Part shown: positions 1 to 9,609 of the stretch, piece by piece
Position numbering within the stretch: position 1 is the stretch's first letter
Layout of the letters: every line of letters begins with the position of its first letter
Origin: a virus
Lineage: Duplodnaviria; Caudoviricetes
IMG/VR virus record: IMGVR_UViG_3300048575_000211
Location: 1-53,140 of that record
Length of the DNA stretch: 53,140 bases
Strand: one strand, 5' to 3'
The notes under the pieces: model-generated
What the model was told of the DNA's origin: nothing
Databases searched by the model: none
What the model saw: the letters and a program-made list of their open reading frames with translations, nothing else
Translations under genes and position numbers: made by a program

Positions 1-147
1 AGAGCAACTCGCCCTTGCCAGCCAACGCTGTGAAATAATTGGCTTCATGTGCTAGAGAGTTGCAGCTAACAAAAGTTCGACTGCTCCCTCAACGACATCG
101 CTCGCATCACCGGGAGTCTCCTTAGCCGGCGTTCAGTTTAACACCGG

Positions 148-612
148 ATTCTGGGCGGCTATGACCTAAAAGGCTTCTATTCGCTCGAAGAGTATTACGC
201 CACGGACCTCCCCTCTTACTATGAAGCATTGGCCGTGGGCCCATCCCATAACTACTACATGGGACGCGCCGAAGCCGACATCACAGGATGGGTTGAATAT
301 TTCTGCCTAGGGATGGCGGAGTCGTTCGACGCCGTTCAAGCCCAAGCCAGGGAGGCCGCTGGTTCGGCAGTCAAGGATCAATCCGCACTCTTGCGGCAGC
401 TCGATGCGAGACAGCGAAAAGCGCTCGCTCTCTTTGAGAAAAACAAACAGATCACGGCCCCGCAGGTTGGCGAGCTATTGAATTTAAAACCACGAACGGC
501 CCGCGAGCTCTGCCACAAATGGACAGAGGGGGGATTTTTACTTGTGTCTGACCCCGCGAAAAAAAACCGCAAGTATGTTTTGCACAAAAAATTCGCCGGA
601 CTGATTTCTTGA
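148..612 (+). pseudogene. 5'-truncated Fic-family protein (C-terminal part with winged HTH)
   Basis: Fic-like GGYDLKGFYSLEEYY...GPSHNYYMGR...DITGWVEYF starts just after an in-frame TAA (139-141); no HPFxxGNGR catalytic motif; C-terminal HTH (ITAPQVGELLNLKPRTAR). Confidence 0.75.
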
Positions 613-940
613 TCCGCTGGGCGTCCGTGATTGAGAAACCCGATAAGCCGCACTTTAAAAAAGTCGAAAAGGCCGCTCTTAAGAAGAGAAAGTCGCGATT
701 CTTGCTGCGATCATTAGCAGGGCGCCAACCTCTATTTACCAGTTGGCACAGCTGGTGGAACGCGATTTCGCCAATGTCCAGCGCGATTGCACGGCACTTG
801 AAGCGATGGGGCTCATTCGCCTGGAAGAAACCGGCGGCGTGAAAAAGTCCAAAATGCCCAAGCTCGCTTTTGATTTCGATCGAATCGAGATTCACAGGCC
901 CTATGTCACCTATTCGCATAACTTAGGTGGCGCGGCATAA
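609..940 (+). pseudogene. Frameshifted/degenerate HTH regulator or antitoxin (HVO_A0114-like)
   Basis: SQLAQLVERDFANVQRDCTALEAMGLIRL HTH in ORF 743-940; the upstream part lies in another frame (609-842). Confidence 0.55.
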
Positions 941-1147
941 GCAGGGATCCGTTCGCACACAAAAAAACGGTAGAGCAGCCGTCCACGTCGAAATTTTCGA
1001 GGAGATCGCCGGTCGTGGTCAACCGATGCGCGTTCTCAAACATTTTTTATCATGTTCGCACCTCTCATCTGACCGATGGTCTCCCGGTGTCCCCGCGCGG
1101 AATCGCTCGTATTTGAACCGCCTAGAATCTTTGAATTTATGAGGCAA

Positions 1148-1984
1148 TCAATTTTCTGTCGTAAATAATTGTTCACAAATAATGGAGCGAACTCGGCTGC
1201 GGCTGATATGTGTCGAAAATGGAGAGTTCACTGACAGCGTGGCATTTAGTGAATTACTTCGTGATCCCTTTTGGGGATTCGTATTGAATCGCCCATCAGG
1301 CTCTAAATTTTTTCGGGCAACGTATCGCCAAGCTTGAACCGGGATACCTCTCGCCCCAGCTTCGAGCTCCACGTCCACCAAGTTCTCTGCGCTATCATCG
1401 ATGATCACGATCTTCCGTGGCTGAATTCGAGTCTTATCGAGAAAGAGTGCAAGTGCGCGGCCTTTCCTTGAGCCGGTAGAAAAGATCACGCCATCACTCA
1501 TAAGAACACCGTGACCCAATCTTGAGATATCATTGACGGAGTCCCGGCTTGTGACAATGCCTAGCGAATGCATTTGGGCCAGCGTAAAAGGAATCATCTC
1601 TGGATCTCGCGCAGTCAGTGCATGCAGTCTGATACCAGCGATCACAAGATTGTTTAGGATATCGGGAGTGTTCTCCTCAATCAGCCAAAGTCTTGAATGA
1701 TTGTTCAATTGGTCAAAAACCCGTTGGATTACCTTCGTTAGAAGCTTGCCTCTTACGCCAAGACTAATGGCTTCACGAGTAAGCTGTCGGAACCAACGAT
1801 TTGAACCAACACCGTCGATTGAGTGAAAAAGAGTGCTGTCGATGTCAACGAGAACAAGCGTGTCCGGCTCGACCTCACTCAAGGCCTCTTTCATCGAGCT
1901 TGTTGTTCTGGGACTCGCCAGACACAATGCCGAATACATCTGTACAAATAAAAGCAGTACGCTGACATAAGAGCGAAACTTCAT
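1148..1984 (-). CDS. Secreted HAD-superfamily protein (DUF2608-like)
   Basis: Signal peptide MKFRSYVSVLLLFVQMYSALCLA; HAD motifs LVDIDSTL, LTAR, K, IIDDSAENL. Confidence 0.75.
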   Translation of the reverse strand: MKFRSYVSVLLLFVQMYSALCLASPRTTSSMKEALSEVEPDTLVLVDIDSTLFHSIDGVGSNRWFRQLTREAISLGVRGKLLTKVIQRVFDQLNNHSRLWLIEENTPDILNNLVIAGIRLHALTARDPEMIPFTLAQMHSLGIVTSRDSVNDISRLGHGVLMSDGVIFSTGSRKGRALALFLDKTRIQPRKIVIIDDSAENLVDVELEAGARGIPVQAWRYVARKNLEPDGRFNTNPQKGSRSNSLNATLSVNSPFSTHISRSRVRSIICEQLFTTEN

Positions 1985-2590
1985 GGCATTTCCTCGCGGA
2001 ACGAAAGTTGATAGCCAGACGTCGAAGCTATGACCACTCAACACGCATTATTTCAAGATGGGCTCCCAAGCCATCTCACAGTTCGTAAACTGCAAGACAT
2101 GCGCTCACCGGTGAACCGTCTCATTTTAAGTCATTGATATCGACGAGCACGATATTCGGAGATGGGCTTTGCCCATGCCGGTCGGCAATGGATGTACGCC
2201 GAGACAGTCAGTTCCGCGATTGTCTTTGTCTTATTGCTTTTCGCTGCCGCAACAACGTCGTAAGAAGTCGAGACTGCGAAGATCAGGAAAATCATGGGTA
2301 TGTGACGCATTCTCACCTCCGATGAGATCGTTCATCGCGTTCATTTTTTGGGTCAACAAGGAGATCGCTCCTGGGGGCCTGAGCGCGTTCAAATGAGCGC
2401 TGAATAGCAATATTGCAGGATCAAGCTTCGCTTTTATCGAAAGTTGAAATCGACTTCTACCAGGAAGTCAGTATTCAAACAATTTCCTTCAGGTGGCCAG
2501 AATGGCGGTGCATTTCAAGACAAATTGAGGAAGTAGGAGAATTTCATGAGCCCGGCATAATGTTGTCAGGCTCGCATACAAGATCGAAGT

Positions 2591-3575
2591 TTACGGGGAA
2601 CCCTTGGACGGAATCCACGTTAAACTAGAAGTATTTGCCATTAGAAGCGTGGCAGGCACCCAGACGCTGCCGTTTTCACAAGGATAGCTATACCGAGGCT
2701 TTCCGTGCTTGTCGAAGCAGGTCTTCCCGAGACTATCTCTCAAGAGAAGTTCACACTCTTTGGTGGCGGAGTTGAACTTTCGACCGATGATGACAGATGC
2801 ATGGCTATTTAAAGGGCCATCTGTACGCCCGTGCAAGACTCCAGGCATGTACGAAATCGCAATCGGGATGGGATGAGGGCCGCTAAGTAGTTCTTGGACT
2901 TTGCCCTCGCGAGCTTTGGCCTCTTGCGCCTGTGTGGCTTTGCCCACTGAAACCATGCGCCTCCGAAGCAGCGGTATCCGCGTTCGATCGAGGTTGGGAG
3001 ATACGACTTCATCAACTATTGCCCAGTATTCAGCGTCGAGTTCCGGATCAGCTTTTGCGATGAAGATTTGGGGCGTTGGGAATTTGATTTGAAGATCATG
3101 GCTTTCACAAAAAGCGACGAGGAATGTTTCTGTCGATGTGACCGGATCGTTGAGCTTTGCTCCAGCTATGACGGCTCTTAGATTGTCAGCGAGATTTTCG
3201 CCTTGAAACGAAGCGGTGCCAGCCGCGAAAGTGGTATTGGCTGGACAGGAGAGCGCGCTGGAATTGCCTTCTTTGGAGGTTCCTCTTTCGAGTCCTGACA
3301 ACGCTGATTGCCACTCATGGATTTGATCGAGTGAATTCCGTAGGAACTCGACCGTCGATCTGGGTTGTGGTTTACGGTTTGTTACTTGAGATTGTAGTGC
3401 AGCATAGCTTTCAAGCCAACGTTGATCACAGACACGGCGCTCGTTACTTCTCGAAGGGACCACCGTTTTGATCCAAACGGACAGTCGAGCAAGCATGATC
3501 GGACGCGGCCGCATGATCACAAGCAGCAATATTGAAAAGCACGAGTGCGGTTGTTATGGCCGTCGCACGAGACAT
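2591..3575 (-). pseudogene. Internally deleted/frameshifted secreted papain-like (C1-type) cysteine peptidase
   Basis: MSRATAITTALVLFNIAAC...CSTVRLDQNGGPFEK* starts at 3575 and stops early; a second frame (2591-3529) carries HASVIIGR...LLRDSLG (His and Asn/Asp segments) but no catalytic Cys segment. Confidence 0.55.
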
Positions 3576-3896
3576 TAAACCCATTCTAATTGATAGATTC
3601 GCTTATCAAGATATGCAAAGTGCTGCTGAAGTATTTCTTCTGGCCAAGTGGCGAGGAGGTTAATTTTCAATAAGCCGTTGGTCGAGTGCTGTGCCCTCCA
3701 GCCTCTCGCAAATTGAAAATTCGCCTTTTGGGGCGGACTTTGATGGTGATTTCGGACTGCCCCTACTCGCGCGCCTTCTTCGCAAGAGCTTGGTCGATTT
3801 CCCAGACGGATTCGGCGATCAGTGCGTAATACGCCTTTTGCCTTTGGGGGCTTCGATTGAATTCCAAACACGGCTGGCCCCGGAAGCGGGTTCGAG

Positions 3897-4310
3897 GTGA
3901 TGGCAACACCCTCCCTCGCATCCACACATAGCTTCTGTCTCCCGGGAGCCGTCCCACTCAAAGTTCTTGTGATCGACGACACGAAGGACATGCATGAGTT
4001 ACTTCGGGTGTTCCTCAAGAGGGAAATGAACGTCGACGTAACCGAAGCTCCGTCAGGCCACGCCGGGATTAAACAAATTCAGACCAATCACTTCGATCTC
4101 GTTGTCTGCGATCTTATCATGCCAGACAGTAGCGGCCTTGATGTCATGGCGTATCTCCGAGCCCGCCTCGAAATCGACACATGGTTCATTCTTTTCACCT
4201 GCGCGAAAAACACCTTAAGCCACCGCCAACTCGAAAACATCGTCGCCATCGAAAAGCCAGGCTACGAAGAACTGATCGAGACGATTAAATGGCTGGTGTC
4301 GACGCGGTGA
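3897..4310 (+). CDS. Single-domain response regulator (CheY-like receiver)
   Basis: VLVIDD, phosphoacceptor DLIMPDSSGLD, FT and KP motifs; true start may be downstream. Confidence 0.85.
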   Translation: MMATPSLASTHSFCLPGAVPLKVLVIDDTKDMHELLRVFLKREMNVDVTEAPSGHAGIKQIQTNHFDLVVCDLIMPDSSGLDVMAYLRARLEIDTWFILFTCAKNTLSHRQLENIVAIEKPGYEELIETIKWLVSTR

Positions 4311-4361
4311 CTATGTGGTGATCCCGAACGCGGTGGTGGTATTCGGCAATTGAAATTCGGA

Positions 4362-4805
4362 TCAGTTACGCGAATTAGGCAACAATTCAGACATCAGGTC
4401 TTTTTTGAATTTGTCGTCATCTTTATCTGGGCATCCGGGCACGAGCCGCTCGTAGTCCTTCATGGCGGCAATCATATCAGTCATCTCTTGAATGAGGTCG
4501 ATCTTCGGATAAGCGACATACCCTTCTTCGTTCGCGTCTGGATGTTGCGGTTCATATATCAGACGTTCACCATGAACCGCCGAAATGGTACATTGGGTGC
4601 CTGCGCAATCGAGCTTCTTTCTCTGATAAGCACCGCCTTGCGGGATGCGGGTCGAATTGATGTTCACGATATTGGAAGCGATCACATCCATTCGCATGCG
4701 TTGCTGCTCCTTTAACTGACATGCACTCAGCGACTCAGTTGCTGAAGAGCTGACCGCCGGGATTACAAAGAGGCAAAAGACAGAAAGTACACATCCCAAC
4801 TTCAT
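4362..4805 (-). CDS. Orphan FlgC-like basal-body rod protein with N-terminal signal peptide
   Basis: RMDVIASNIVNINSTR...YQRK...YEPQHPDANEEGYVAYPKIDLIQEMTDMIAA is FlgC-type; GGAGGG RBS; hydrophobic leader. Confidence 0.8.
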   Translation of the reverse strand: MKLGCVLSVFCLFVIPAVSSSATESLSACQLKEQQRMRMDVIASNIVNINSTRIPQGGAYQRKKLDCAGTQCTISAVHGERLIYEPQHPDANEEGYVAYPKIDLIQEMTDMIAAMKDYERLVPGCPDKDDDKFKKDLMSELLPNSRN

Positions 4806-5189
4806 TCGTCCCTCCAGCATTATTGAGCAAAGTTTCGAAACCTAATTTTACACCGACTCAGTATCCACCAAAGTAGTCCTGTTTGGTTGGCTCGAGCTGC
4901 TTCTCATCCTTGGTCCTGCCCATGGTGACGACAAGTGGGCACCTGAGACATCCCGCACATTCGGATTGGTGCTGATGACACGGTGATGCTTGTCGGTGAT
5001 CAACCGGCTATCTATCGCCTCAGGACTCTTCGTCTCAACGAAGCGGGGTCAAGGGCGAGCGCTACTCTTACTATCGGCTTACGCTGTTAGGCTCGCGCAC
5101 GAGGACAAAGTGTCATTCGATTACTCGACGGGCCCATGCATAATTTTTCTTATACCATCCTCGGAAAGGTCGCACGTCGACACCCGGAC

Positions 5190-5589
5190 CGGTAGAATCA
5201 ATAATTTCGTCGGGGCTAATATAGGACATATTCTCACCAGGCGAGAACTCTCGGACAGTGAACGCTACATTGCTGCATTTGGCGTCGCAACGCTTGGTGG
5301 GATCGAGATCATCGCGGCGGGTGCTCGGCTCGCAAAAGACGCTGATCGCCTGAGAGCTAACTTCTCCGCGATCGAAGGCCTTTCACCAGCTCAAATTGCG
5401 GAGAAATTCTCGTTGGATAAAATCCCTAATAAGATCATAGATATTATTATTCCAGCGGGGACCCGGCTTCGAAAAGGGACTCCCGCGAAAGTGATGTTAG
5501 GCAAAGAATCTCGAGAGGCGCCTCGTCAGTGGGAAATTGTCGACAAGGCCAAACCAGAATGGTTTAAGAATTTCCGGTTATTGAAATGA
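5190..5589 (+). pseudogene. Polymorphic toxin C-terminal remnant (pre-toxin TG-like segment plus toxin tip)
   Basis: RELSDSERYIAAFGVATLGG resembles a pre-toxin segment; GLSPAQIAEKFSL..IPAGTRLRKG..QWEI resembles toxin tips; no delivery domain. Start approximate. Confidence 0.5.
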
Positions 5590-5933
5590 GGAGCGCTATG
5601 ATGTCATTTAAGGGAAATAAACTTATATTCTACGGGCATGTGGTTACTCTCATGCACAAGATCGATAAAATTGTAGAGATCCCTCAGGGCCTTCTGGTTC
5701 TCACGGAGTTCAGCTCATGGAAGAACGATCGCAATGCGTATCTTGTGGGTCGCGATGGTGTTGTGAAATGGCAGATCGAACAAGTCGGCACAGATCCAAA
5801 GGCCGGACCACAGCCGTATACAGGAATAGGCATCGATAAAGACGGAAACATTCACGCTCACAATTGGGCTGGATTCGCATGCCTGATCGATATAGAAACG
5901 GGAAAGATCATCAGCAAGAAGATGGTGAAATAA
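5586..5933 (+). CDS. Putative immunity protein
   Basis: ATGA overlap with the toxin-tip stop; small beta-rich protein (NAYLVGRDGVVKWQI...NWAGFACLIDIETGKII). Confidence 0.6.
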   Translation: MRSAMMSFKGNKLIFYGHVVTLMHKIDKIVEIPQGLLVLTEFSSWKNDRNAYLVGRDGVVKWQIEQVGTDPKAGPQPYTGIGIDKDGNIHAHNWAGFACLIDIETGKIISKKMVK

Positions 5934-5976
5934 AAAAGGCACAGAACGGGCCAGGAACTTCTTGTTGAATAAAGAT

Positions 5977-6022
5977 TAGCGAGAGGCGGACTTGAACCGC
6001 CGACCTGCGGATTATGATTCCG
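5977..6022 (-). repeat. Displaced 3' half of tRNA-Met (att-like repeat, 46 bp)
   Basis: Matches 7814-7859 with one mismatch. Confidence 0.92.
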
Positions 6023-6134
6023 ACGATGCAGCCGAGCATATTATAACGCATTGAAATTACAGATGGAATCAAGCTTTCAATGGGCTGTATTTTTGATTGG
6101 TAGGAGGCGCGGGAGCGCGATGAAAATCGGGACA

Positions 6135-6171
6135 TTGACAGCGTGGCGGTCGCGTTATAACATGTTATAAC
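6135..6171 (+). promoter_or_regulatory. mazEF promoter with palindromic operator
   Basis: TTGACA (6135-6140)-17 bp-TAACAT; perfect 18-bp palindrome GTTATAACATGTTATAAC (6154-6171) just before the ATG. Confidence 0.8.
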
Positions 6172-6172
6172 T

Positions 6173-6436
6173 ATGAAAACGTCTGTCAGAAAAATTGGTA
6201 ATTCCTTAGGTATCATTCTCGGCAAAGAAATCACTGGGCCTCTTCAGCTTCATGAATCGGATGAACTCGAGGTATCAGTGGCTCGCGACGGACGAACAAT
6301 TTTAATTTCTCCTCTCCTATCGCCTCATGCGGAATGGGAAGCTTGGTTCAAAACTCACCCTAAAATCAAATCGGAAGGCCTTCTTTTAGATGAAGACGAG
6401 GGATTAGCCGCCGATGAGGAAGAGTGGGTTTGGTGA
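6173..6436 (+). CDS. mazE: AbrB/MazE-family antitoxin
   Basis: VRKIGNSLGIIL AbrB motif; acidic tail ending EEWVW; directly upstream of MazF. Confidence 0.88.
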   Translation: MKTSVRKIGNSLGIILGKEITGPLQLHESDELEVSVARDGRTILISPLLSPHAEWEAWFKTHPKIKSEGLLLDEDEGLAADEEEWVW

Positions 6437-6771
6437 TGAAGCGAGGCGAAGTCTACTTAGTCAGTTTGAAACCGACCGAGGGCCGAGAAATCATGGGAAA
6501 GGGTCGCAACGAAGCTCGGCCTTGCGTAGTTGTTTCGCCAGATATTTTAAACGAGCGGTTGGGTACAGTCATGGTGGCTCCTATGACCTCTAAACGGAAG
6601 AACTTCCCATGGCGAACGAAAATAAAGTTTGATGGAAAGCAGGGCGAAATCGTGACCGAGCAAATCCGCACCTACGATCGAACGAGCCGTAGATTTATAA
6701 AAAAGCTGGGATCTCTTACTGCCTCCGAAATGCAAGACTGCCTTTCGCAGCTTCGACTGATCTTTTCATAG
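6436..6771 (+). CDS. mazF: PemK/MazF-family endoribonuclease toxin
   Basis: MKRGEVYLVSLKPTEGREI...RPCVVVSPD..N...VAPMTS...EQIRTYD. Confidence 0.92.
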   Translation: MKRGEVYLVSLKPTEGREIMGKGRNEARPCVVVSPDILNERLGTVMVAPMTSKRKNFPWRTKIKFDGKQGEIVTEQIRTYDRTSRRFIKKLGSLTASEMQDCLSQLRLIFS

Positions 6772-6936
6772 CGATAAGAAAGATGAGATCCAGAGATGCG
6801 TCGTAATTTTAAATTTCTAAACTACCTCTTTCTTTCTCTTCTGCTCTCTTGCGCGACGACCTCTAAAAATCCGGCATTGGTGCCGGAAAAGCCCGCTTCA
6901 GCGAAGTCGAACAAAAAGCCCAGGATTATATAAAAA

Positions 6937-6952
6937 TGGTAGCGAGAGGCGG
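6937..6952 (-). repeat. Short tRNA-Met 3'-end repeat (16 bp including CCA)
   Basis: TGGTAGCGAGAGGCGG, identical to 7811-7826 and likewise preceded by an A-run. Confidence 0.8.
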
Positions 6953-7058
6953 TATTGCCTACCCATGATAAGTACCTAAAATGACGTAAATCGATTGTGC
7001 GCGATTCGCCAGAAGAGGAAATTCGCAGCATCTGCGTCGATTTGTTTAAACCCTGAAC

Positions 7059-7331
7059 TCAAGCCTTTGCCTTAAGCGGAAACTTCGCGGGCTCCTGAAG
7101 AGAGGCGAGGCTTAGATCAATATCTAAACTTTTCCAATAAAGATGGCGGCCGTGGACCAGTTCAAAGTCATAAACCTGCTCGATCGTCGCCGATTTGAAC
7201 CACGGAAACTCCTCGTAGTTCAAAAAATACTCCCGCCCCAACACAAGCATCCAAATGCCGAATTGAGAGATGTGAAGGATTTCAGCTTTCGAAATACTTC
7301 TTCCACGCTTTAACGATTTCATGCTGATGCT
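7059..7331 (-). CDS. DUF2442-family protein (putative antitoxin)
   Basis: FLNYEEFPWFKSATIEQV...HLYWKSLDIDLS; coupled to the DUF4160 gene; start uncertain. Confidence 0.8.
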   Translation of the reverse strand, partial: SISMKSLKRGRSISKAEILHISQFGIWMLVLGREYFLNYEEFPWFKSATIEQVYDFELVHGRHLYWKSLDIDLSLASLQEPAKFPLKAKA

Positions 7332-7521
7332 CCTCAACGACTTTTTGCAACTCAACAAGCTGACGTTTGGAGAGCCCGACAAAGTCTGCTAACGAAACTG
7401 TTGGCTCCAACCAAAACTTCGCTTCACCATCAGGACATGTGACATGCACATGCTGTCGAGTCTCTTCCCGCGAAAAGAAAAAGAACCGATACGCCTTATA
7501 TCGAAAAACCGTCGGACTCAT
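7282..7521 (-). CDS. DUF4160-family protein (putative toxin)
   Basis: MSPTVFRYKAYRFFFFSREE..HVHV...EAKFWLEP...WKKYF; GGAG RBS. Confidence 0.88.
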   Translation of the reverse strand: MSPTVFRYKAYRFFFFSREETRQHVHVTCPDGEAKFWLEPTVSLADFVGLSKRQLVELQKVVEEHQHEIVKAWKKYFES

Positions 7522-7724
7522 TAGTTAGCTCCGGCTTACGCCTACGCCCATTCGCGACAAGCGCTCATTCATTAGTTAGCTCCGGCTTACGCCTACGCCC
7601 ATTCGCGACAAGCGCTCATTCATTAGTTAGCTCCGGCTTACGCCTACGCCCATTCGCCTATGAGCTTCGGCCTCTGGCCTTCGCCCGCTCGCACCGAGTG
7701 CTCGCTCATGACAAGCGCTCATTC
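7520..7724. repeat. 51-bp tandem repeat x3, third copy interrupted by a 52-bp insert
   Basis: ATTAGTTAGCTCCGGCTTACGCCTACGCCCATTCGCGACAAGCGCTCATTC at 7520, 7571 and 7622; insert at 7658-7709. Confidence 0.95.
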
Positions 7725-7810
7725 GTATTCATAGTTTTCAATTGTTCGACTTCAGAATGAAGTCTTTTTCTTCAAAAGATCCATCATAACCCCGCCGGAG
7801 CGACAAAAAA

Positions 7811-7859
7811 TGGTAGCGAGAGGCGGACTTGAACCGCCGACCTACGGATTATGATTCCG
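7811..7859 (-). repeat. Integrase-proximal prophage att site (3' 49 nt of tRNA-Met)
   Basis: 47/49 identical to 52096-52144; adjacent to the integrase. Confidence 0.95.
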
Positions 7860-7954
7860 GATAAACCACGGACGCAAGCGAATGACTTCGCTTTTTTCGA
7901 CCTCAAATGAGGTGTGATTTCATATGTTTGGCATCCATTCTGCCTTGTCGATCC

Positions 7955-8003
7955 TGGAATCATACCTGCCGCAGGCCTCCTGCCTGGAATCACAGTGGAA
8001 TCA
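7955..8003. promoter_or_regulatory. Putative integrase arm-type sites (TGGAATCA x3)
   Basis: TGGAATCA at 7955, 7985, 7996; matching pair at 51904 and 51915. Confidence 0.7.
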
Positions 8004-9242
8004 GTCCTTTTTCTGACGCTCAATGCTAACAACGTTGGCTTCTGGCGCGCCGATCTCGAAAACTGTCGCCTTCGATACAATGTGGTCTTTCGAAAACTTC
8101 GCGTACCGCTGAGTTGTTGTGAGTGACGCGTGCCCAAGAATCTCGCGAAGCTCCTCGAGTGATCCACCAGCCATCACGAACTGGCTCGCGTATGTGTGCC
8201 GCATGTCGTGCGGTCTGATGTACTTGACTTTCGCGATCCGGCAGCACAGCCGGTGGAGCTGGTAAATCCGAAAGCAGCTCTCCGGCCGCCCGTCCGGACG
8301 CGGGAATACAAAGTCGCCTGGATCCGTGAACGGGACGGAATTTCTGCGCAGTAGAAATGCATCAACCACAGACTGGTTAAGACCAAGGGTCCGAGACTTC
8401 TTACCCTTCGTACGCTCGCGAATCGCAAACCCGTCTTTTGGGTCCTGAATCTTGCTTATCTCGTAACGACTCTGATCAAGATCGATGTCTGAGTTATAAA
8501 GAGCGAGGGTCTCGTTCTCCCTGGGACCACCGTTGAGAGAAAAGATCGCCCAACAGAAAAACACTGGCCCAAAAAACTTGCCGACTGATACGCGGTATTC
8601 CTCACGCGAGTTGGCGAGACTCTCAAGATCCTTTGCGATTGCGAGGTAACGCGCGCACTCCTCTTTCGTCCAAAACGTGCCCTTGTCTTCCGGACGTCCT
8701 TCATCGCGAGAGGCTACCTTCGCGACCGGGTTCGCGATCGCGTGATTCTCCAAAATCGCATCCTCGAAAAAGCGGCTCAGCAAAGCACGAATCCGATTGA
8801 GATACGCATCGGAGAGCACATCCTTTCGTTTCTTCGGATACTTCGCCGTCTTTGCGCTCTCAATAAGATCTTCAATATGATCTGGCGTAACCGTATGCAT
8901 TAGAAGAGTTCCGAAGCGCACGCCGCTGACAACACCTGGATTGATGTAGATCTCGAACTTCGCTCCTTCGTCAATCCACGTTCCTTTGACTGCCGGCTTG
9001 CGGCGACGGCCGCGAATCATTCCGATGACCTCGCCTCTCTCGCGGCGACGCATGAAGACCTTGGAGTAGGTCTCGACGGCGATCGGAACCAACACAGCTT
9101 TCGGAAGTTCGAGACCATTTCGTATCAGTTCGCGCTTGTCTTGCTCAAGCGCCTGCCACTTGCGCGCGCTCTTTGCGTTCTTGAACCGCTTCTGAATGAG
9201 CTTGCCGCTCGCATCTCGCACCGCATACTTGCGATTAGCCAT
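8001..9242 (-). CDS. int: Tyrosine integrase
   Basis: GPRENE (R), PHDMRH (HxxR), LGH, TQRY catalytic residues; next to att. Confidence 0.95.
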   Translation of the reverse strand: MANRKYAVRDASGKLIQKRFKNAKSARKWQALEQDKRELIRNGLELPKAVLVPIAVETYSKVFMRRRERGEVIGMIRGRRRKPAVKGTWIDEGAKFEIYINPGVVSGVRFGTLLMHTVTPDHIEDLIESAKTAKYPKKRKDVLSDAYLNRIRALLSRFFEDAILENHAIANPVAKVASRDEGRPEDKGTFWTKEECARYLAIAKDLESLANSREEYRVSVGKFFGPVFFCWAIFSLNGGPRENETLALYNSDIDLDQSRYEISKIQDPKDGFAIRERTKGKKSRTLGLNQSVVDAFLLRRNSVPFTDPGDFVFPRPDGRPESCFRIYQLHRLCCRIAKVKYIRPHDMRHTYASQFVMAGGSLEELREILGHASLTTTQRYAKFSKDHIVSKATVFEIGAPEANVVSIERQKKD

Positions 9243-9609
9243 TTCTCAGGCCCTCTTTTTGAAGACGGCGCATCTCGCGAATCGCTTCGAGCGTCGTCTC
9301 ACCGCTCGCGATTTTCTCGCGAAGCTCGCGACATTCGGCGATGTGACGAGCAAGGAAGCGCACGTCGCGCCCTTGCTTCTTGCAGTCGATGAGACCGATA
9401 GACTTCCAATGATAAACCGTGAACGGGTTGACACCGAAGTGCTCGGCGACCGCGTTGACTGTGTACATCGGTTCAAGATCTTCGATTCGCATGATTTCAG
9501 CTTTCGCCGGCGCCGGCGTCGCTGCTACACGCGGCTGGCGAATTCGCGGCATCGGCTTCTGCTGTTCTTCCTCGTGCCACCATCTGGCCTTCCCTGTTTG
9601 AGCTCTCAC
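9235..9609 (-). CDS. xis: Excisionase-like HTH protein
   Basis: MYTVNAVAEHFGVNPFTVYHW...GRDVRF; overlaps the int start. Confidence 0.75.
   Translation of the reverse strand: MRAQTGKARWWHEEEQQKPMPRIRQPRVAATPAPAKAEIMRIEDLEPMYTVNAVAEHFGVNPFTVYHWKSIGLIDCKKQGRDVRFLARHIAECRELREKIASGETTLEAIREMRRLQKEGLRNG

Noticed and set aside
2131-2316. 61-aa ORF with a signal-like N-terminus
   Set aside because: Too short and without a recognisable domain; possibly a gene remnant, not supportable.
7520-7724. CRISPR array
   Set aside because: Units are contiguous and identical with no unique spacers; no cas genes.
5977-7859. Additional intact tRNA genes
   Set aside because: Only 3' portions are present; D-arm and 5' acceptor strand are missing.
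5911-8167. ORFs 5911-6234 and 7784-8167 sharing GIIIRRSAVQVRLSL
   Set aside because: The shared peptide is just the translated att repeat.
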